DNA from: Clostridia bacterium
GTDB lineage: Bacteria; Bacillota; Clostridia; UBA1212; DUPL01
Reading direction: 5' to 3'
DNA: 64,000 bases
NCBI GenBank assembly: GCA_050951325.1
Contig: JBMNIW010000003.1
Location: forward strand, 160,001-224,000
Under the pieces are notes generated by a model. That model saw only the letters and a list, made by a program, of their open reading frames with translations. It was not told where the DNA came from and did not search any database. Both the position numbers and the translations under genes were made by a program. This document shows positions 59,352 through 64,000 of the stretch, one piece after another (position 1 is the stretch's first letter; each line of letters starts with the position of its first letter).

Positions 59352-61142
59352 TTACTCTCTGACAACCGCATCAAATTTGCATTTCTCCATGCAAACTCCG
59401 CACTTTATGCATTTGCTTTCGTCTATTACATAAGGCTTTTTGATTTCACCGCTTATGCAATTTGCAGGACAATGTCTTGCACAAAGGCTGCATCCTCTGC
59501 ACTTATCCGCAATGATTCTGTAGCGAAGCAGCGATTTGCATACGCCTGCAGGACATCTCTTTTCAACAACATGCGCAATATATTCGTCCTTGAAATATTG
59601 CAGTGTGCTAAGAATCGGATTTGGTGCGGTTTGTCCAAGGCCGCACAGGGCACTTGACTGAATGCCTTCTGCCAGTTCATACAAATCATCTATATCAGAA
59701 AGCTCACCATTACCATTTGTTATTTTCTCAAGAATGTCATACATTCTCTTTGTACCGATTCTGCATGGAGGACACTTTCCACAGGACTCTTCAACTGTAA
59801 ACCCAAGGAAGAATTTTGCAATGTCTACCATGCATGTATCCTCGTCCATTACAATAAGTCCACCCGAACCCATCATTGAACCGATCTTAATCAGTGAATC
59901 GTAATCAATTGGGGTGTCGATCAAGCTTGCTGGTATGCATCCGCCGGATGGACCGCCGGTTTGAGCTGCCTTGAACTTCTTGCCGCCTGGGATTCCTCCA
60001 CCAATTTCATAAACAACTTCCCTCAAAGTTGTACCCATTGGTATTTCCACAAGACCTGTATTCTTTATCTTTCCACCAACTGCAAATACCTTTGTACCTC
60101 TGCTCTTTTCAGTACCTATCTGCTTGAACCACTCAGGTCCTTTGTTGATGATTACAGGAATGTTGGCATAAGTCTCAACGTTGTTGAGAATTGTAGGCTT
60201 TTGCCACAAACCTTTGACAGCTGGGAATGGAGGTCTTGGTCTTGGCTCTCCACGCATTCCTTCAATACTTGTCATAAGAGCAGTTTCCTCTCCGCAAACG
60301 AAGGCACCAGCACCAAGTACCAGTTCTATATCAAATGAGAAATCGGTTCCAAAAATATTGTCTCCAAGCAGACCATACTCTTTAGCCTGTTTGATTGCGG
60401 TCTTGAGTCTTTGAACTGCTATTGGATATTCGGCTCTGACATAAATATATCCCTTGTTGGCACCAATTGCATATCCAGCTATAGCCATAGCTTCAAGCAC
60501 TACATGGGGGTCGCCCTCAAGGATACTTCTATCCATAAATGCTCCTGGGTCGCCTTCGTCGGCGTTGCAGCATACATATTTCTGATCTGATACGCTTCTG
60601 CGTGCAAACTCCCATTTCCTTCCTGTTGGGAAGCCAGCTCCACCCCTGCCGCGCAAACCTGAATCAAGGATTGTTTGGATAACATCTTCAGGGGTCATTT
60701 CAGTAAGAACCTTGCCAAGAGCCATATAGCCATCCTCAGCTATGTATTCTTCGATAGACTCCGGATTTATCTTACCGCAATTTCTAAGAGCAATTCTAAA
60801 CTGCTTCTTGAAGAAATCTGTCTGCTCTGCATCGGTATCCACTTCTGGAGCGTCAGCGCCTTCCAAAAGTCTCTTTACGATACGACCTTTTACAAGATGT
60901 TCCTCAACTATCTCCTTGATATCTTCCTTGGTTACCCTGCAGTACATGCAACCTTCAGGATATATTACCACTATGGGTCCTTCCGCACACAGACCAAAGC
61001 AACCTGTCTTGACAATCTTTATCTCATTTTCTATGTTGGCTTCCTTGATGCACTTTTCAAATTCATCCATCAATCCTATGGAACCTGATGAAGTGCAGCC
61101 GGTTCCACCACAAATGAGCACATGTGCTCTATATATCTGCAT
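59352..61142 (-). CDS. hydB: NuoF-like diaphorase subunit (HydB/HndC)
   Basis: RGRGGAGFPTG, NADEGDPGAFMDR, CGEETAL, GGPSGG, C-terminal 2x4Fe-4S. Confidence 0.94.
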   Translation of the reverse strand: MQIYRAHVLICGGTGCTSSGSIGLMDEFEKCIKEANIENEIKIVKTGCFGLCAEGPIVVIYPEGCMYCRVTKEDIKEIVEEHLVKGRIVKRLLEGADAPEVDTDAEQTDFFKKQFRIALRNCGKINPESIEEYIAEDGYMALGKVLTEMTPEDVIQTILDSGLRGRGGAGFPTGRKWEFARRSVSDQKYVCCNADEGDPGAFMDRSILEGDPHVVLEAMAIAGYAIGANKGYIYVRAEYPIAVQRLKTAIKQAKEYGLLGDNIFGTDFSFDIELVLGAGAFVCGEETALMTSIEGMRGEPRPRPPFPAVKGLWQKPTILNNVETYANIPVIINKGPEWFKQIGTEKSRGTKVFAVGGKIKNTGLVEIPMGTTLREVVYEIGGGIPGGKKFKAAQTGGPSGGCIPASLIDTPIDYDSLIKIGSMMGSGGLIVMDEDTCMVDIAKFFLGFTVEESCGKCPPCRIGTKRMYDILEKITNGNGELSDIDDLYELAEGIQSSALCGLGQTAPNPILSTLQYFKDEYIAHVVEKRCPAGVCKSLLRYRIIADKCRGCSLCARHCPANCISGEIKKPYVIDESKCIKCGVCMEKCKFDAVVRE

Positions 61143-61163
61143 TACTTATCCTCCTTCAATAGA

Positions 61164-61532
61164 TTAATCGGTAACTGCACCGACGGTGTACTCGGTGACA
61201 ATCTTTCCATTTACTATATGATCAGTAACAACCTTGACAGCCTTCTCAGGTGTCATCTTAACGTATGTTACCTTGTTGCCTTCCTGATCTATTACCTCAA
61301 CAATGGGCTCCAAACGGCACATGCCCATGCAGCCAGTCATTGTTACGGCAGCATTTGTCAGCTTTCTCTTGCTTAATTCTTCTACAAAAGCGTGCATTAC
61401 AGGACGCGCGCCAGCCGCTATTCCGCATGTGGCCATGCCAACCACAATCCTGAAATCATGTTTATCATCTCTCAAGCTGATTTCAGCCTTGGTCTTTTCC
61501 CTAATAGCTTTTAATTCTTCCAATGACTTCAC
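61164..61532 (-). CDS. Thioredoxin-like 2Fe-2S subunit (HydD/HndB)
   Basis: GMATCGIAAGAR, TGCMGMCRLEP. Confidence 0.88.
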   Translation of the reverse strand: MKSLEELKAIREKTKAEISLRDDKHDFRIVVGMATCGIAAGARPVMHAFVEELSKRKLTNAAVTMTGCMGMCRLEPIVEVIDQEGNKVTYVKMTPEKAVKVVTDHIVNGKIVTEYTVGAVTD

Positions 61533-61554
61533 AGAAAGCACCTCCATATTTTAA

Positions 61555-62046
61555 TCATTCCTTATATTTCGCAAGAATATCCGGCACATCATTTGGCGAC
61601 AGGCGGCCGTACACATCCTCATTTATGGTTATGACCGGAGCGAGACCGCAAGCACCTATACATCTGCAACCTTCCAGTGAAAACCTTAAATCGTCAGTAC
61701 AATCGCCTACGGATATGCCAAGCTCTTCCTCAAGCTTTTCGAGTACAAGGTTTGCACCTTTAACATAGCAGGCAGTTCCAAGGCACACGGATATTTTGTA
61801 TTGTCCCTTTGGCTTCAAAGAGAATTGCGCATAAAAAGTCACAACCCCGTAAACTTCCGCAAGGGGAACACCCATGCCCTCGGCGACCACTTTCTGAACT
61901 TCAATTGGCAAATAACCATATATTGTCTGAGCTTCGTGCAATACATGGATAAGGGCGCCTTTTTTGTTCCTGTTCTCTTCGATAATCTTCTGCAACTTTA
62001 GCAACTTCTCGTCTGCTACGCTGCATGAACAACTACTACTTCCCAT
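61555..62046 (-). CDS. NuoE-like subunit (HydC/HndA)
   Basis: YGVVTFY, CLGTAC, CIGACGLAP; start MGSS at 62046 after GGAGG. Confidence 0.92.
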   Translation of the reverse strand: MGSSSCSCSVADEKLLKLQKIIEENRNKKGALIHVLHEAQTIYGYLPIEVQKVVAEGMGVPLAEVYGVVTFYAQFSLKPKGQYKISVCLGTACYVKGANLVLEKLEEELGISVGDCTDDLRFSLEGCRCIGACGLAPVITINEDVYGRLSPNDVPDILAKYKE

Positions 62047-62132
62047 ACTTTTAAACCCTCCAATTTTGAATATATAACACAATTTATTACACATACAAAG
62101 AATGCATAACTTCACAGTTAGCAAACATATGT

Positions 62133-62186
62133 ATTATATCATCACAGATAATTAATATCAATGGTATAATGTTAAAAATCTAACAA
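62133..62186 (-). promoter_or_regulatory. Hydrogenase operon promoter and candidate Rex box
   Basis: TTGATA-17-TATAAT (62161-62133); ATGTTAAAAATCTAACAA (62169-62186) has 2 mismatches to TTGTTAA-N4-TTAACAA. Confidence 0.62.
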
Positions 62187-62210
62187 ATCAACGATACATT
62201 AACACATATT

Positions 62211-63998
62211 TTACATTGAAATAATTTCGCCATATCTAAGTAGATAAATATACGATTCCTTAACCTTCCTCCCCGTTATCTTTTCCAACGCCTCCTTGTA
62301 TAAATCAATCTGTATTTTGTATCTATTTACAACCACTTCCATCATGTTTTTCTGTGGAATGTAATCGCTTTTAAAATCCACAACCACAATTTCTCCATCC
62401 TCTTCGAAATAGCAGTCAATTATACCCTGAACAGCCACGTTTTCATCGGCATGTTCATCCCTTTTTCCCAGAAGTTCACCCCACTTCTTGATAATGGTAA
62501 AAGGCACTTCCCTTTCCACCCTGTCCGCCTGCATGATTCTCTTTGCAAAAGGAGAAAGGATAAATAGAACAACAAGTTTTCTTTCAATAGCTTTTGCCTG
62601 CACTTCCGTCATGAATCGCTTCTTGAGCATGTTGTCAATCAGACTATCAACATAAGCTTTAGCGTCTTCCTCACTTTCAATATTTCTAACAGCATTAAAA
62701 TCAATCTGCTGCAGACAGGCATGTAGCAAGGTTCCCTTAAGCGCATGAGACACATCCTTTGTTTTCTCATCCATGAAATCGGGCAGTTCTTTAAAGGAAA
62801 CTTCCCTGTTCATCAAATCAAACTCGTCTTCAAAATCTTCTTCCATGAGTCTCTTGACTTCAGTAACTGAAACCTTTGACGGAACAGTTGACAAGGTCTG
62901 ACAAGGATACTCATAGCCCAATATTTCTGAAACCTTTTCATGTATTTTCTCATCAACGTCTTCCTCTAAAACCTCTTCCTTCTTTTCAAAAGAAGCTACA
63001 AAATCAGGCAGCTTGTCAATTTCAATTTCATCCTTCGTATATGACTGTATAATCCAGTTACATGCAGTCTTTTCATCCTTCCTTCCATTCAAATGATGGT
63101 ATGCAAGACTCATAGCAATCCATTCAAGGAAGCTTTTCGACTCCAGGATGCTGAAGTTAACTGGTCTCAGAGTTTCGAAATCGCATTTCATCCTAATATT
63201 TTGAAACCAATTTTCACAATCTTCCTTTATGCTGCCTGTGACAATTAATTTCTCTCTGGCCCTGGTAAGGCCGACGTAAAGGATTCTCATCTCCTCTGCC
63301 TTGTTATCATGTATTATGCGTCTTTCAACAATCTCCTTCATAACCGATGGATAAACAACCATGTTTTCCCTGTCAAAACACGAAGGACCAATGCCCAAAG
63401 TCTTGTGCCTCACGAATCTCCCCTTTACATCCTGGGTATTGAATTCCTGAGCGGTGTTTGCAAGGAACACTACAGGAAATTCCAGACCTTTGCTTTTATG
63501 TATGGTCATAATTCTCACCACGTCCATACCCTCTGAAATTGCGGATGCTTCGGAAAGATCTCCTTTTTTCTTCTTCAGGTTCTCCATATAATTAAGAAAT
63601 CTGTAAATTCCTTTATGAGAACCTTCATCAAAGCTTGCAGCCTTCTCAAACAAAAGCCTAAGGTTTGCCTGTTTTCTCCCGCCATCCTCCATTAACCCCA
63701 CATAAGTGTAGTACCCTGTTATGGTGACAATATCCCAAACAAGCTCAGCCGTCGAGGAAATGACACTCTTGTCTCTCAGCATGCCAAGAACATTCAAAAA
63801 CTCATTTATTTTCTCCCTCAAGGACTCAGCATATCCCGATTCCGCATACTCAAGAAGAGCTTCATAAAACAGACAATCCTTCTTATGGAGGCGAATCAGG
63901 GATATTTCAGCATCGGAAAACTCAAACATGGGAGAACGCAAAACTGTAATAAGGGGGATGTCCTGAAGAGGATTGTCAATTAAGCTTAAGAAAGCCAA
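62211..63998 (-). CDS. addA: AddA helicase-nuclease, C-terminal part
   Basis: IDNPLQDIPL, MTIHKSKGLEF, LYVGLTRA, QGIID...DFKSD nuclease. Confidence 0.93.
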   Translation of the reverse strand: MAFLSLIDNPLQDIPLITVLRSPMFEFSDAEISLIRLHKKDCLFYEALLEYAESGYAESLREKINEFLNVLGMLRDKSVISSTAELVWDIVTITGYYTYVGLMEDGGRKQANLRLLFEKAASFDEGSHKGIYRFLNYMENLKKKKGDLSEASAISEGMDVVRIMTIHKSKGLEFPVVFLANTAQEFNTQDVKGRFVRHKTLGIGPSCFDRENMVVYPSVMKEIVERRIIHDNKAEEMRILYVGLTRAREKLIVTGSIKEDCENWFQNIRMKCDFETLRPVNFSILESKSFLEWIAMSLAYHHLNGRKDEKTACNWIIQSYTKDEIEIDKLPDFVASFEKKEEVLEEDVDEKIHEKVSEILGYEYPCQTLSTVPSKVSVTEVKRLMEEDFEDEFDLMNREVSFKELPDFMDEKTKDVSHALKGTLLHACLQQIDFNAVRNIESEEDAKAYVDSLIDNMLKKRFMTEVQAKAIERKLVVLFILSPFAKRIMQADRVEREVPFTIIKKWGELLGKRDEHADENVAVQGIIDCYFEEDGEIVVVDFKSDYIPQKNMMEVVVNRYKIQIDLYKEALEKITGRKVKESYIYLLRYGEIISM

Positions 63999-64000
63999 AA

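Noticed and set aside
44-63536. Many antisense or overlapping ORFs in the track (e.g. 44-640, 14522-15196, 25299-25958, 32144-33004, 33599-34354, 36541-36792)
   Set aside because: Shadows of well-supported genes with no motifs or RBS; 36541-36792 is the wrong frame over the rubredoxin
1-64000. rRNA, tRNA, prophage or defence systems
   Set aside because: No recognisable signatures by eye; tRNAscan-SE, Rfam and DefenseFinder runs would be needed to exclude them formally

Overview
Chromosomal window from an anaerobic low-GC Clostridia-type bacterium; most genes lie on the minus strand. Housekeeping genes include mtaB, ireB/ruvX/DUF1292, hprK-murB-rapZ-ppaC, leuS, argS, rplU-prp-rpmA-obg and a partial addA. 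Metabolic loci include an E2-E3-fused E1-DeoR 2-oxoacid dehydrogenase-type operon, trpB2 behind a Trp T-box, thiT behind a TPP riboswitch, rhaA divergent from an ASRT gene, and a tetrameric NAD-linked [FeFe] hydrogenase followed by a six-gene kinase/phosphatase/DRTGG/group-D hydrogenase module. Surface genes include an MBOAT-DHHW acylation triad, two GH99-like lipoproteins, a CotH kinase, and a cohesin/dockerin pair with a degenerate cyclophilin. The one mobile region (25.0-28.8 kb) is nested: a Cys-rich IS30-family element with arrays of subterminal repeats and a 13-bp target duplication (TSD) sits inside the 26-27-bp TSD of an IS1202-type element that has a long structured non-coding tail. 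A CxC rubredoxin and a partial pfkB gene are missing from the ORF track. No rRNA, tRNA or CRISPR-Cas was seen. All family calls come from motif recognition by eye, not database searches.
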